From assembly GCA_947085645.1 (NCBI GenBank), contig CAMTXG010000020.1, forward strand, positions 79,443 to 143,442: a DNA stretch of 64,000 bases, given 5' to 3'. Numbering within the stretch: the first letter of the stretch is position 1; every line of letters starts with the position of its first letter. This document shows positions 9,429 to 18,620 of this stretch, piece by piece. Origin of the DNA: an uncultured Gammaproteobacteria bacterium (lineage in GTDB: Bacteria > Pseudomonadota > Gammaproteobacteria > Burkholderiales > Burkholderiaceae_C). The notes under the pieces were generated by a model. The model was not told the DNA's origin. It did not search any database and saw only the letters and a list, made by a program, of their open reading frames with translations. A program made the position numbers and the translations under genes.

Positions 9429-9733
9429 ATGCAGGGGGAAATGCGTGGGGATATGCGCGTAACGGCGGCACGTTTGGGGGCGCGGGCAAGCTTCGTACTC
9501 GGCTGGCTGTGGGCGCTGGGCCTTGTAGTGCTGCCGTGCATGGTGAGCGCATCCGGCGCGTGGGCTCAAAAAGCCCCCTCTTCGGCTGCCCGCCTTTTGC
9601 GGGCACGCTCGCCGCGTACACGGTTTACAAGCTGGTGGTGAGCGCGAAGGCGCGCCGCAAGGCGATCCTCTTCTTGATCGGCGTGATCGTGTTCATCTTG
9701 CTCCATGCGCTGGAGCGGTGGTTGTTCTGGTGA
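9429..9733 (+). pseudogene. Apparently frameshifted small membrane protein
   Basis: CAGGAG RBS and ATG 9429 open a hydrophobic N-terminus; the GC3-rich hydrophobic C-terminus continues in another frame after about 9570-9600. Confidence 0.45.
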
Positions 9734-9838
9734 CGGCAGGCTCCGCACGCCCGCAGCGGCGCAGGGCCTGGGCCTACAGCGCGGGTCGGCCAGCGGCGTT
9801 AGGGTGGACGGACTCTACGTTGCATACCAAGGCCCAGC

Positions 9839-10144
9839 ATGAAAACGACCCCCGCCGCATCCCGTCCCGATGAGGAAAAAGTCCCCTCTGCCCCCGTGCC
9901 AACGCGCACCGAGCGGCGCGTGAATACCACCCAGCCCCAGCCACAGCCCGGCAGCGCACCCGAAGACCTGAGCGGCCCCGAAGCCCGCCTGCCGCACGAG
10001 CGCGACCAGTCGGTGGACATGACCGGCGGTGAACCCGATGCGCAGATGGAGCAGGCTTACCGCGACGTGAAACGGGGCCTGCAAGACACCGACCGGGGGC
10101 CAGTGGCTGACAAGGCGTACCAGAAGCAAAAGCGCGCCGATTGA
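9839..10144 (+). CDS. Hypothetical hydrophilic protein
   Basis: 101-aa ORF with host-like codon use; LPHERDQSVDMTGG...DTDRGP. Confidence 0.6.
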   Translation: MKTTPAASRPDEEKVPSAPVPTRTERRVNTTQPQPQPGSAPEDLSGPEARLPHERDQSVDMTGGEPDAQMEQAYRDVKRGLQDTDRGPVADKAYQKQKRAD

Positions 10145-10159
10145 TTGCTGTTTGGGTCG

Positions 10160-10543
10160 CTACTCGTTACTACTCTTTGCGGACGATTGCTTCACTTGGT
10201 CCACCAGATATCGAAACGAGCTACCGCACTGCAGCGTGCCGATGAATCCTGGCCGCAGCTTCCATTCACAGTGCTCTAGGCGGTGAATCATTGATCCTCT
10301 CAGGTAGCAAGGAGCTAGGTCGTATTCGTCGTGTATGACACGACTTTCGACCTCTTCGGCAACCCGAAAAAAATGGCCGATATCAATGGATGAAAGATCC
10401 AGGTCCGAAGCCTTGCAAGTGGTCGGTTCAGACGTATAGAAATCGGTTGTGCCTACAAATATCTTTGCCTCGAAAATGAACGTGAAAAAGACCACTGCCA
10501 ATGCCGCAAGCAACGCGACGGCGGTTACGTGCCATCGCTTCAT
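10160..10543 (-). CDS. Exported/membrane-anchored hypothetical protein (candidate amidase partner)
   Basis: MKRWHVTAVALLAALAVVFF signal/anchor; four Cys; ATGA overlap with the amidase stop. Confidence 0.6.
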   Translation of the reverse strand: MKRWHVTAVALLAALAVVFFTFIFEAKIFVGTTDFYTSEPTTCKASDLDLSSIDIGHFFRVAEEVESRVIHDEYDLAPCYLRGSMIHRLEHCEWKLRPGFIGTLQCGSSFRYLVDQVKQSSAKSSNE

Positions 10544-11142
10544 TTCGGCACGGCGGATGCAGCTTCGCCAGGGTTCTTGTAAGAAACCTGGGGATGCTTG
10601 TACACATCTTTGCTGGATATGGAAAAGTGCGAATAGAGCTCCCCTGTGAGCCATTGCAGGGAATTGTTCTGCTCTGAAGTCACTGTCTCGTATTTCTTGT
10701 CGTCGATGCTGCGACCCACGATTTCAATGCCAATGGAATCTCCATTGATGGGATAGCGCTGCGGATATGGCTTGGCACGTTCGTGTGCATCCAACGCCCG
10801 TACGTGACTGGACCAAGACATTGCCTGTATCCGGGCCATCGCGACGCCATCGCAAGATGGTTTGTCAACCTCAAGGCATCTTGACCGTATGTGCCTTCCG
10901 ACGTGCTGACAACGCATCAAGAGGCTTGCTGTTTGGTAAACCTGCCCATTCTTGTCGATAAGAAAGTGGGCGCCATGGGGACTTCGCGCATAGCTGTTGA
11001 ACGTCTGCTGGGCTGTAGACGAGTCCGTCTGGTGCAACACAATTGCTACCACCGTGCTGATGGGACCGTGTTCCAGGTTGAGATAGCGACGCACGATGAT
11101 CCGTCCATCAACAAAGATACCCTCGGGTGTAATTTTTGGCAT
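10540..11142 (-). CDS. N-acetylmuramoyl-L-alanine amidase (Amidase_2 family)
   Basis: IVLHQT, GAHFLIDKNGQVYQ, HVG, SIGIEIVG, VYKH Zn-amidase motifs; no signal peptide. Confidence 0.85.
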   Translation of the reverse strand: MPKITPEGIFVDGRIIVRRYLNLEHGPISTVVAIVLHQTDSSTAQQTFNSYARSPHGAHFLIDKNGQVYQTASLLMRCQHVGRHIRSRCLEVDKPSCDGVAMARIQAMSWSSHVRALDAHERAKPYPQRYPINGDSIGIEIVGRSIDDKKYETVTSEQNNSLQWLTGELYSHFSISSKDVYKHPQVSYKNPGEAASAVPK

Positions 11143-11269
11143 CCGGGCATATTAGTAACGCCCCAGTGCAAGAAAAACCCATTCTTGTTCGTACGTTGCA
11201 AGTGATGTGACAAGCTGAATCTGCACACACGAGCTACAGGGCAGGTGCGATCCTCTGCCCCGCCATCCC

Positions 11270-13195
11270 TCACCCCCGCTCGCGCAGCGCCCGCTCAATC
11301 CGATCGCGCCGCACCGTCGTCTTGGGCACCTTGAACGGGAACCACGTGCGCACGTCTTCTTCCAGCCCGATGCCGTGCATGTAGTTGTAGATGGCCTTTT
11401 TGAGCGCGCCGCCCAGCGCGTCGTGGTCCACGCCCGTGGGGTCGATGAAGGCCACGTCGTTCTTGGCAAAGTCGCCCGGAGGCAGCGGCGCCAGTGTCAC
11501 GCCGTACTCCTCGGGGTTCTTGCCGACGGGGGAATGCACCGTGCAGGCAAAGCGGTGAAAGAACCCGCTCTGGATGCAGCCATTGGCAAACAGCTGGCGC
11601 ACGTATTCGAGCGCGTCCACGGTGTCTTGCACCGTCTGCGTGGGAAAGCCGTACATCAGGTACGCATGCACCAGAATGCCCGCGTCGGTAAACGCCCGCG
11701 TCACGCGCGCCACCTGGTCTACCGACACGCCTTTTTTCATGAGCGTGAGCAGCCTGTCTGACGCGACTTCGAGCCCGCCCGAGATCGCAATGCAGCCGCT
11801 GTCGGCCATCAGCTCCGCCAGGTCGGGCGTGAAGGTTTTTTCAAACCGCACGTTGCCCCACCAGCTGATGCCTGCGTTGCGCGCGATCAGCTCGGTGGCC
11901 AGGGCTTTGAGCGCCTTGGGCGGCGCGGCCTCGTCCACAAAGTGAAAGCCCGTCTGCCCCGTCTCGCGCACGATCTGCTCGATGCGGTCGGCCAGCACCT
12001 GGGCACTCGCGCCCTCGTAGCGGCTGATGTAGTCGAGGCTCACATCGCAGAAGCTGCACTTTTTCCAGTAGCAGCCGTGCGCCACCGTCAGCTTGTTCCA
12101 GCGCCCATCGCTCCACAGACGGTGCATGGGGTTGAGCATGTCGAGCAGCGACAGGTAGCGATCCAGCGGCAGGCCGTCCCAGGTGGGCGTGCCCACCTCG
12201 GCAAAAGCGATGTCGGCTTCCATCATGTTGATGTACTGGACTTGGCCGTCATCGCCACGCACAAAGGTGCGCACCAGCCGCTGGCGGCCGCGTTCGCCGC
12301 GCACGTGTTCCAGCAGCGCCAGCAGCGGGCGCTCGCCCGCGTCCAGCGTCACGTAGTCGAAGTGGTCGAACACGCGCGGGTCGGCCAGCTCGCGCAGTTC
12401 TGTGTTCACAAAGCCGCCGCCCAGCACCGTGACGATGTGCGGGTGCCGTGCCTTGATGGCCTGCGCAATGCGAAACGCCGCATACACCGAACCCGGGAAA
12501 GGCACCGACAGCAGCACTACATCGGGCGCGTGGCGATCAATGGCCTCATGCGTAAGCGTGAGCAGCATGTCGTCCACCAGCGTAGGCGGCGCTGCCAATG
12601 CCTGTGCCAGCGGGTCGAACGTGGGCTGGCTGCCCGCCAGCGATTCGGCATAGCGCACGAACTCGAAGCGCTCGTCCACCGCATCGCGCAGCACATCGGC
12701 CAGGTCATTCAGGTACAGCGTGGCCAGGTGCTTGGCCTTGTCGTGCAGGCCCAGGGCGCCAAACGCCCAGCCCAGCGGGTCGCCGCCTTCGTCGTCCACA
12801 TACACGTCCAGCGTGGCAAAGCGTGGGCCTTCGGGCAGGTAGTTGCGGCCTGCAATGCGGTGCGCCAGCGTGCTGTCACGCCCCTGCAAAAAGGCGATGG
12901 CGGGGCCGATGGTGGCCAGGTACCGGTCCTTCTGCGCGGCAAAGCTTTGCACGGCGGGGCTTTGTTTTTTGGCGGGCAGTGCGTCCACCTTGGCAGCCAC
13001 GGCCTTCAGGCCATCGGGCGAGAGCAGCTGCAACACCAGCGCCAGCGCGAGGTCCTCCTGCACAGCCGTGACGCCGCGCGAGCGCAGAAAGCCCGTGAGG
13101 TAGGCGGTGGACGGGTACGGCGTGTTCAGCTGCGTCATCGGGGGGATGACGGAGAGCACGCGCAAGGACTTGGGAGCAGGGGCGACGGCAGACAT
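11270..13195 (-). CDS. B12-binding-domain radical SAM protein
   Basis: PPMTQLNTPYPSTAYL N-terminus, LGGGFVN, HGCYWKKCSFCD Fe-S motif, FVDE, GGLEVAS. Confidence 0.88.
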   Translation of the reverse strand: MSAVAPAPKSLRVLSVIPPMTQLNTPYPSTAYLTGFLRSRGVTAVQEDLALALVLQLLSPDGLKAVAAKVDALPAKKQSPAVQSFAAQKDRYLATIGPAIAFLQGRDSTLAHRIAGRNYLPEGPRFATLDVYVDDEGGDPLGWAFGALGLHDKAKHLATLYLNDLADVLRDAVDERFEFVRYAESLAGSQPTFDPLAQALAAPPTLVDDMLLTLTHEAIDRHAPDVVLLSVPFPGSVYAAFRIAQAIKARHPHIVTVLGGGFVNTELRELADPRVFDHFDYVTLDAGERPLLALLEHVRGERGRQRLVRTFVRGDDGQVQYINMMEADIAFAEVGTPTWDGLPLDRYLSLLDMLNPMHRLWSDGRWNKLTVAHGCYWKKCSFCDVSLDYISRYEGASAQVLADRIEQIVRETGQTGFHFVDEAAPPKALKALATELIARNAGISWWGNVRFEKTFTPDLAELMADSGCIAISGGLEVASDRLLTLMKKGVSVDQVARVTRAFTDAGILVHAYLMYGFPTQTVQDTVDALEYVRQLFANGCIQSGFFHRFACTVHSPVGKNPEEYGVTLAPLPPGDFAKNDVAFIDPTGVDHDALGGALKKAIYNYMHGIGLEEDVRTWFPFKVPKTTVRRDRIERALRERG

Positions 13196-13466
13196 GGTGG
13201 GAAAACAGGCAGTGGGGCGATGCGGTGCCGCCGCGAGGAGATCGTGAAACACCGATTATCCGGCCCTGCCTTATCCCTTGCTGGCTGGTGGCGCGTGGGG
13301 CACCCATTCAACACAAACGATGGTGCCCGAGCCAGCGCTAAATTGCTCTCGCTTCCAGCTGTGTAGTGGCGCTGCCTATGCAAGACATAATTCCCCGCGC
13401 CGGCCCACAGCGCAGGTGTGACCGATCTCCACTGCCACTGCAATGCAATGCGAAAAAGTCTTGACG

Positions 13467-14042
13467 ATGAAGAATCAAATGAATGTCCTGTTTGCAACTC
13501 TATCTGTAGCCTTACTCATGACAGGCTGCGCAACCAAATATCAAGAGCCAAGCGAAACGGAGCGGTCTGCAAAGGTTCGTTTCGTGGCGAACGAAGACAT
13601 GCTGATCGGCTCAGGGTACAAATCCCCAGCAGGCTGCACGCCGCGGCCAGACAGACATATAAGTTCGCAAATGGAGCAAATATCGATGTTTGGTCCGAAA
13701 GCCTTTTTTGGTTTGCCTTTCTCGCCAGGGGACAGCTTGCAGATGCCGGACCCACCACAGAAGCGGCAATTCTTCACTGAAAAAAAATTCAGGGCAGGGG
13801 AGCCTGTCACTTTGGGGTTCTATATGACGCTCAGAGAATGGGTGGGTGGCGGTACACGTACGATGGAAAACTGCTCGGCTGCATTGACGTTTGTCCCTCA
13901 GATGGGTCACGACTACCAGCTGCGCTTCGCTGCAGCCGGAGACCGTTGCCGGGTCGTGCTGCAACGCTACGACCCGGTGGCCCGCGTTTGGACGCTTCCA
14001 GCGGATTCCAATCGAGTAACGCAGGCGCCGATGTGTCCCTAG
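13467..14042 (+). CDS. Hypothetical lipoprotein (AT-richer)
   Basis: Lipobox LMTG-C after a hydrophobic leader; more A/T-ending codons than the neighbouring genes. Confidence 0.7.
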   Translation: MKNQMNVLFATLSVALLMTGCATKYQEPSETERSAKVRFVANEDMLIGSGYKSPAGCTPRPDRHISSQMEQISMFGPKAFFGLPFSPGDSLQMPDPPQKRQFFTEKKFRAGEPVTLGFYMTLREWVGGGTRTMENCSAALTFVPQMGHDYQLRFAAAGDRCRVVLQRYDPVARVWTLPADSNRVTQAPMCP

Positions 14043-14185
14043 TCCACACATCCCGCGGGTTTTCCGGCTTGCGTGGTTGCCACGGCGTCGCGTTCTGGGC
14101 CTGCGACTCAGCCTTCAACTGACGGCCGCCCATTGTTGAAACCCGGCTTGCATTCCCGCGACCCCGCCTTTGTGAAGAGAACCCC

Positions 14186-14677
14186 ATGGCCCAACACATT
14201 GCCACCGTCAACTGGCAGCGCGGCAACGACGACTTTCTGGACAAGCGCTACCACCGCGCGCACACGTGGCAGTTCGATGGCGGCGCCACCGTGCCCGCGT
14301 CGTCGTCGCCCCATGTGGTGCCGCTGCCGTATTCCGATGCGGCGGCGGTGGACCCGGAAGAAGCCTATGTCGCAGCGCTGTCGAGCTGCCACATGCTGTG
14401 GTTCATGGACTTCGCCAGCCGCGCGGGTTTTCGGCTGAACAGTTACACCGATGCGGCCGTGGGCACCATGGCCAAAAACGCGCAGGGCCAGCTCGCTGTG
14501 ACCCAGGTGCTGCTCCAACCCGTCACGGTTTTTGATGCTGCCCATGCGCCCAGCGCTGTACAGCTGAATGACCTGCACCACCGCGCCCACGCATCGTGTT
14601 TCCTGGCCAACTCGGTCAAGACGCAGATCGACTGCGCGCCTGTGCTCGAGATTGAACCTGCAGTGAAAGGCAACTGA
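14186..14677 (+). CDS. OsmC/Ohr-family protein
   Basis: VDPEEAYVAALSSCHMLWF and HASCFLANSVKT (two conserved Cys). Confidence 0.88.
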   Translation: MAQHIATVNWQRGNDDFLDKRYHRAHTWQFDGGATVPASSSPHVVPLPYSDAAAVDPEEAYVAALSSCHMLWFMDFASRAGFRLNSYTDAAVGTMAKNAQGQLAVTQVLLQPVTVFDAAHAPSAVQLNDLHHRAHASCFLANSVKTQIDCAPVLEIEPAVKGN

Positions 14678-14678
14678 C

Positions 14679-15305
14679 ATGGCCAACCCCAACCGCCAAT
14701 TTCAGATGACGGACCCCACCGCCCTGCAGGCCCTGGTGCACGCGCAGCCACTGGCCACGCTGGTTGTAGCGCAGGCCGGTGCGCTGCACGTCAACCACAT
14801 CCCGCTGTACCTGGACCCGGCCCGCGGCCCCCACGGCACGCTGGTGGGCCACGTGGCGCGCGCCAACACCGTGTGGCCGCTGCTGCCGCAGCAGGCCGTG
14901 GCCGTGTTCCACGGTCCGCAGGCCTATGTGTCGCCGTCGTGGTACCCGTCCAAAGCCATTGACGGCAAACAGGTGCCCACCTGGAACTACGCCACGGTGC
15001 ACGCCCATGGCACGCTCAGCGCGGTGGACGACGCCGAGCGCCTGCGCGCCATCCTGCACACCCTGAGCGAGCGCCATGAGGCCCACCGCCCCCACCCCTG
15101 GCGCCTGGACGACGCGCCGCCCGACTACATCGACAAACTGCTGCGCGCCATCGTCGGCATCGAACTGGCGGTGGAGCGCTGGGAAGGCATCTGGAAGGTC
15201 AGCCAAAACCGCACCGACACCGACCGCGCGGGCGTGGTGCAAGGCCTGCTGGCCGAGGGCACGCCTGCGGCGGCGGCGATGGCGGGGCTGGTGCGGGCGA
15301 CATAA
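14679..15305 (+). CDS. FMN-binding negative transcriptional regulator (PaiB family)
   Basis: GHVARAN, GPQAYVSPSWY, VPTWNYATVHAHG, KVSQNR. Confidence 0.9.
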   Translation: MANPNRQFQMTDPTALQALVHAQPLATLVVAQAGALHVNHIPLYLDPARGPHGTLVGHVARANTVWPLLPQQAVAVFHGPQAYVSPSWYPSKAIDGKQVPTWNYATVHAHGTLSAVDDAERLRAILHTLSERHEAHRPHPWRLDDAPPDYIDKLLRAIVGIELAVERWEGIWKVSQNRTDTDRAGVVQGLLAEGTPAAAAMAGLVRAT

Positions 15306-15319
15306 CACGCCCCTGGTGG

Positions 15320-15378
15320 AAAATCAAAATTCATAGCTGCAAGCGCTTGATGGATAAGCGCTGCAACCTTTTTTGACC
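15320..15378. repeat. Repeat family A, copy 4
   Basis: aaaatcaaaattcatagctgcaagcgcttgatggataagcgctgcaaccttttttgac. Confidence 0.85.
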
Positions 15379-15412
15379 ACATTGTTGCTGGATTTGCGCG
15401 AACCACCGCACC

Positions 15413-15472
15413 CCGTTCGGGCTGAGCCTGTCGAAGCCCTGCGCCGCGCTTCGACGGGCTCAGCGTGAGCGG
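15413..15472. repeat. REP-like inverted repeat (family C)
   Basis: ccgttcgggctgagcctgtcgaagc...gcttcgacgggctcagcgtgagcgg long imperfect palindrome between convergent genes. Confidence 0.75.
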
Positions 15473-15550
15473 CCGTTGTGTTGACGGAGGGCGACCGGAT
15501 TGCACAACGGCATCGAGGCGCCCTTTCAAAGCAGTCAACCACCGGCAGCT

Positions 15551-16930
15551 TCACCCCGCCAGCATCTCCACCCGCAACGCCACCACCGGCCCCGCCACCG
15601 CAGGGTGCGCGGCCAGCGCAAACACGGCCAGGTCCACGGTCGACTGCGCCACCGCGTCCGTCAGCACCAGCACTTGCACACCGCTGCCCGGCGGCAGGGA
15701 TTTGTCGTTGGCCAGCGCCACCTGCAGCACCGGCACCTGCTGCGCCGCCAGCCACGCGCCCACGGCCTCGATCTGCTGCGCGTTGTGTACGGGTACGCGC
15801 AGGTAGTGGCGCGTGTGTACGGCAGCGCGGGGCAGCACGGCCAGTTGTTCGTCCATGGAGTGCGTGTGAAAACCCAGGTGCGGCACCCGCTGCGCTGCAC
15901 TGGTGCCATCCAGCCGCGCCACATCCACCAGGTCGGCAATCACGGCCGATGCGGTCTGCTCCGACCCCGCGCCCGCGCCATAGAACATCGTCACGCCCGC
16001 CGCATCGCCTTTGACCATGATGCCGTTCATCGACCCGTTCACATGCGCCAGCAGGTGCGTGGCGGGCACCAGCGCGGGCTGCACGTGCAGCTCGACCCCT
16101 TCGTTGCGCCGCCGGGCCACACCGAGTAGCTTGATGCGGTAGCCCAACTGTTCAGCGCATGCCACGTCCAGCCCCTGCAGCGCAGTGATGCCCTCCACCT
16201 GCGCATCAGCAAACCGCACCGGCATGCCAAACGCATTGGCCGCCAGCAGTGAGATCTTGTGCGCCGCGTCGATGCCCTCGATGTCAAAGGTCGGGTCGGC
16301 CTCGGCATAACCCAGCGCCTGGGCCTGGGCCAGCGCGTCGGCAAAACCCACGCCCTCATCGCGCATCTTGCTCAGGATGAAATTGGTGGTGCCGTTGATG
16401 ATGCCCGCCACCCATTCGATGCGGTTGGCCGTGAGGCCTTCGCGCAGAGCCTTCACGATGGGGATGCTCACGGCCACAGCGCCTTCGTACGCCACGGCCA
16501 CGCCGTGCTGCCGCGCGGCGGCAAAGATCTCGTTGCCATGCACCGCCAACAGCGCCTTGTTGGCCGTGACCACATGCTTGCCCGCGCGAATGGCAGCCAG
16601 CACCCAGTCGCGCGCAGGGCCGGTGCCGCCTGCAGCCTCCACCAGCACATCCACATCGGGGTGCGTGGCGACCTGCATCGGGTCGTTGGTCAGGGCCACA
16701 TCGGTGCCCACCACACTCATGGCGCGGGCCAGGCTGCGGGCGCAGACCACCACCAACTTGATGCCCCGCCCCGCACGGCCCGCAATCAGCGCCTGGTTGC
16801 GCGCCAGCACGCGGAAGGTGCCTGCGCCCACGGTGCCAATGCCGATCATGCCCACGCGCAAGGGGCGCATGGCCTCAGCGTGCGGTGGCAACAAAGGGGC
16901 TGCGAGGGACGGGACGGGATCACGGACCAT
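15551..16930 (-). CDS. hom: Homoserine dehydrogenase
   Basis: GMIGIGTVG, VVTANKALL, GIINGTTNFIL, GYAEADPTFDIEG, YGAGAG. Confidence 0.93.
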   Translation of the reverse strand: MVRDPVPSLAAPLLPPHAEAMRPLRVGMIGIGTVGAGTFRVLARNQALIAGRAGRGIKLVVVCARSLARAMSVVGTDVALTNDPMQVATHPDVDVLVEAAGGTGPARDWVLAAIRAGKHVVTANKALLAVHGNEIFAAARQHGVAVAYEGAVAVSIPIVKALREGLTANRIEWVAGIINGTTNFILSKMRDEGVGFADALAQAQALGYAEADPTFDIEGIDAAHKISLLAANAFGMPVRFADAQVEGITALQGLDVACAEQLGYRIKLLGVARRRNEGVELHVQPALVPATHLLAHVNGSMNGIMVKGDAAGVTMFYGAGAGSEQTASAVIADLVDVARLDGTSAAQRVPHLGFHTHSMDEQLAVLPRAAVHTRHYLRVPVHNAQQIEAVGAWLAAQQVPVLQVALANDKSLPPGSGVQVLVLTDAVAQSTVDLAVFALAAHPAVAGPVVALRVEMLAG

Positions 16931-16955
16931 GGACTTCTCCGGCTAACGAACGAAC

Positions 16956-16988
16956 AAACAAAAAAACCCAGCTGCCAGAGCTGGGTTT
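16956..16988 (-). terminator. Attenuator terminator in the hom leader
   Basis: Minus strand aaacccagc-tctggca-gctgggttt followed by tttttgtttg, just upstream of the hom RBS. Confidence 0.85.
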
Positions 16989-17059
16989 CAGTCAATTCGT
17001 CTTGGGAGAGAAGAGAGAGCGATCACCAGGTGGCTGCCGAAACGGCCACCTGCGCGTGC

Positions 17060-17188
17060 TCAGGTGGCCGCGGGGGTAATGGTGGTAATCATTCGTGCAC
17101 CCATCGCCCGCGAGAGTGCGGGCAGCATCATGCACAGACCCATGGGGGCTGCTGCAGGTGCGGTGAAGGCGATGTGGGTGAACGACAT
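17060..17188 (-). CDS. Putative hom leader peptide (Met/Thr/Ile-rich)
   Basis: Hand translation: MSFTHIAFTAPAAAPMGLCMMLPALSRAMGARMITTITPAAT*; the stop codon sits in a 10-bp hairpin. Confidence 0.75.
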   Translation of the reverse strand: MSFTHIAFTAPAAAPMGLCMMLPALSRAMGARMITTITPAAT

Positions 17189-17281
17189 GAGGGGCGCAGT
17201 GTAGCGCAGGGCACGGCGGGGTCGTCAAGCCCCGGTGTGGGTGGTGCACGCCACGGCGCGCCCTTTGTTTGCAGCGAATGC

Positions 17282-17341
17282 AACTATTTTGATAGCTGCT
17301 AGCGCTTATGGAGTAAGCGCTAGCGACTGATATGGCTTAAA
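17282..17341. repeat. Repeat family A, copy 5
   Basis: actattttgatagctgctagcgcttatggagtaagcgctagcgactgatatggcttaaa. Confidence 0.85.
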
Positions 17342-17359
17342 TTTCTCTAAGCCAACGCG

Positions 17360-17797
17360 TTAACTGACCAGCGTGGCTGTCAACGTGATTTCAGGCACGG
17401 CCGCCAGTGCCTTGGACAGCGGGCAGTTCGCCTTGGCATCTGCCGCCAGTTTTTGAAACGCTGCATCGTCCATGCCCGGCACCTTGGCCTTGAGCGTCAG
17501 CGCAATGCGGTCGATGACAAAACCATCGCCCTCTTTCGTCAGGCGCACGGCCGCCGTGGTGTCGATGACCTCGGTGGATACACCCGCCTTTTCGGCTGCA
17601 AACGCAAACGCCATGGTGAAGCAGGCCGCATGCGCTGCGCCCACAATTTCTTCGGGGTTGGTGCCCTTGCGGTCGTCACCAAAGCGGCTGGCAAAGCCAT
17701 AGGGGTACTTGTCCAGTGCACCAGTCTCGGTGCTGATCTGGCCCTGGCCGGACTTACCGGCACCTTCCCAATGAACGCTGGCGTATTTTTCAGACAT
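17360..17797 (-). CDS. osmC: OsmC peroxiredoxin
   Basis: GTNPEEIVGAAHAACFTMA, AKANCPLSKAL; GGAG RBS. Confidence 0.9.
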   Translation of the reverse strand: MSEKYASVHWEGAGKSGQGQISTETGALDKYPYGFASRFGDDRKGTNPEEIVGAAHAACFTMAFAFAAEKAGVSTEVIDTTAAVRLTKEGDGFVIDRIALTLKAKVPGMDDAAFQKLAADAKANCPLSKALAAVPEITLTATLVS

Positions 17798-17964
17798 GGA
17801 GTTCTCCTTGAGGTGGATGGGTTGAATGCAGTGGCAGTGGGCTTGGTGAAGCCGCAGGCACACACGTTTGAAGGCGTTGGCGCCGCTGCGAAGCGCTCCA
17901 TCTCAACATCTCCACCAATGCACGGTTGTGGGACAGAACCGCATGGGCCTGTCCCGCCGACCGA

Positions 17965-18246
17965 TTACTCAGTCCCTCTGTCGCATGAAGTGGAGGGCGC
18001 CGATACCGCTGGCGCTGAGCCCGCCACCCGCACCATGGCTATGGCGTCAAACGGGCACCGCACTGCACACAGCGCGCACCCGGTGCAGCCGGGCGCATCA
18101 TGCAGCGCAGACCGCTTGGGCCCCCAGGTGTGCGGGCCCAGCACCTGCAGCGACAGCACATGCGGCGGGCACACTGCCACGCACCAGCCGCAGCCCGTGC
18201 AGCGCTGCAGGTCAATGGCAGGCAAGGCCTTGCGGGGTGCAGTCAT
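17965..18246 (-). CDS. 2x[4Fe-4S] ferredoxin-like protein
   Basis: CTGCGWCVAVCP and CTGCALCAVRCP. Confidence 0.85.
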   Translation of the reverse strand: MTAPRKALPAIDLQRCTGCGWCVAVCPPHVLSLQVLGPHTWGPKRSALHDAPGCTGCALCAVRCPFDAIAMVRVAGSAPAVSAPSTSCDRGTE

Positions 18247-18314
18247 GGTGGGCAGCATAGTGCGGGCGGGCCGCCGTGTGTAGCTTGATGACCCCCGTTA
18301 CAGTCACAGCCCAT

Positions 18315-18620
18315 ATGCCCAGCAACACCACCTCCACCGTCGTCACCCAACACCTCTTCATCCGCGGCCATGTACAGGGCGTGGGCTACCGCTGGTCCAT
18401 GGCCCAGACCGCCGAGCGCCTGGGCGTGACGGGCTGGGTGCGCAACCGCAGCGATGGCCGTGTCGAGGCCTGCGCCTGGGGCTCGCCCGACGCCGTGCAG
18501 GCGCTGATCGACTGGGCACACCAAGGGCCCGCCGCTGCGCGGGTGGACGCGGTGGTGGTGGGCAACGTGCCCGACGGCGGCGACCCACCGCAGGGTTTTG
18601 CACAGCGCGATACGGTGTGA
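18315..18620 (+). CDS. acyP: Acylphosphatase
   Basis: GHVQGVGYR, GWVRNRSDGRVE. Confidence 0.9.
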   Translation: MPSNTTSTVVTQHLFIRGHVQGVGYRWSMAQTAERLGVTGWVRNRSDGRVEACAWGSPDAVQALIDWAHQGPAAARVDAVVVGNVPDGGDPPQGFAQRDTV

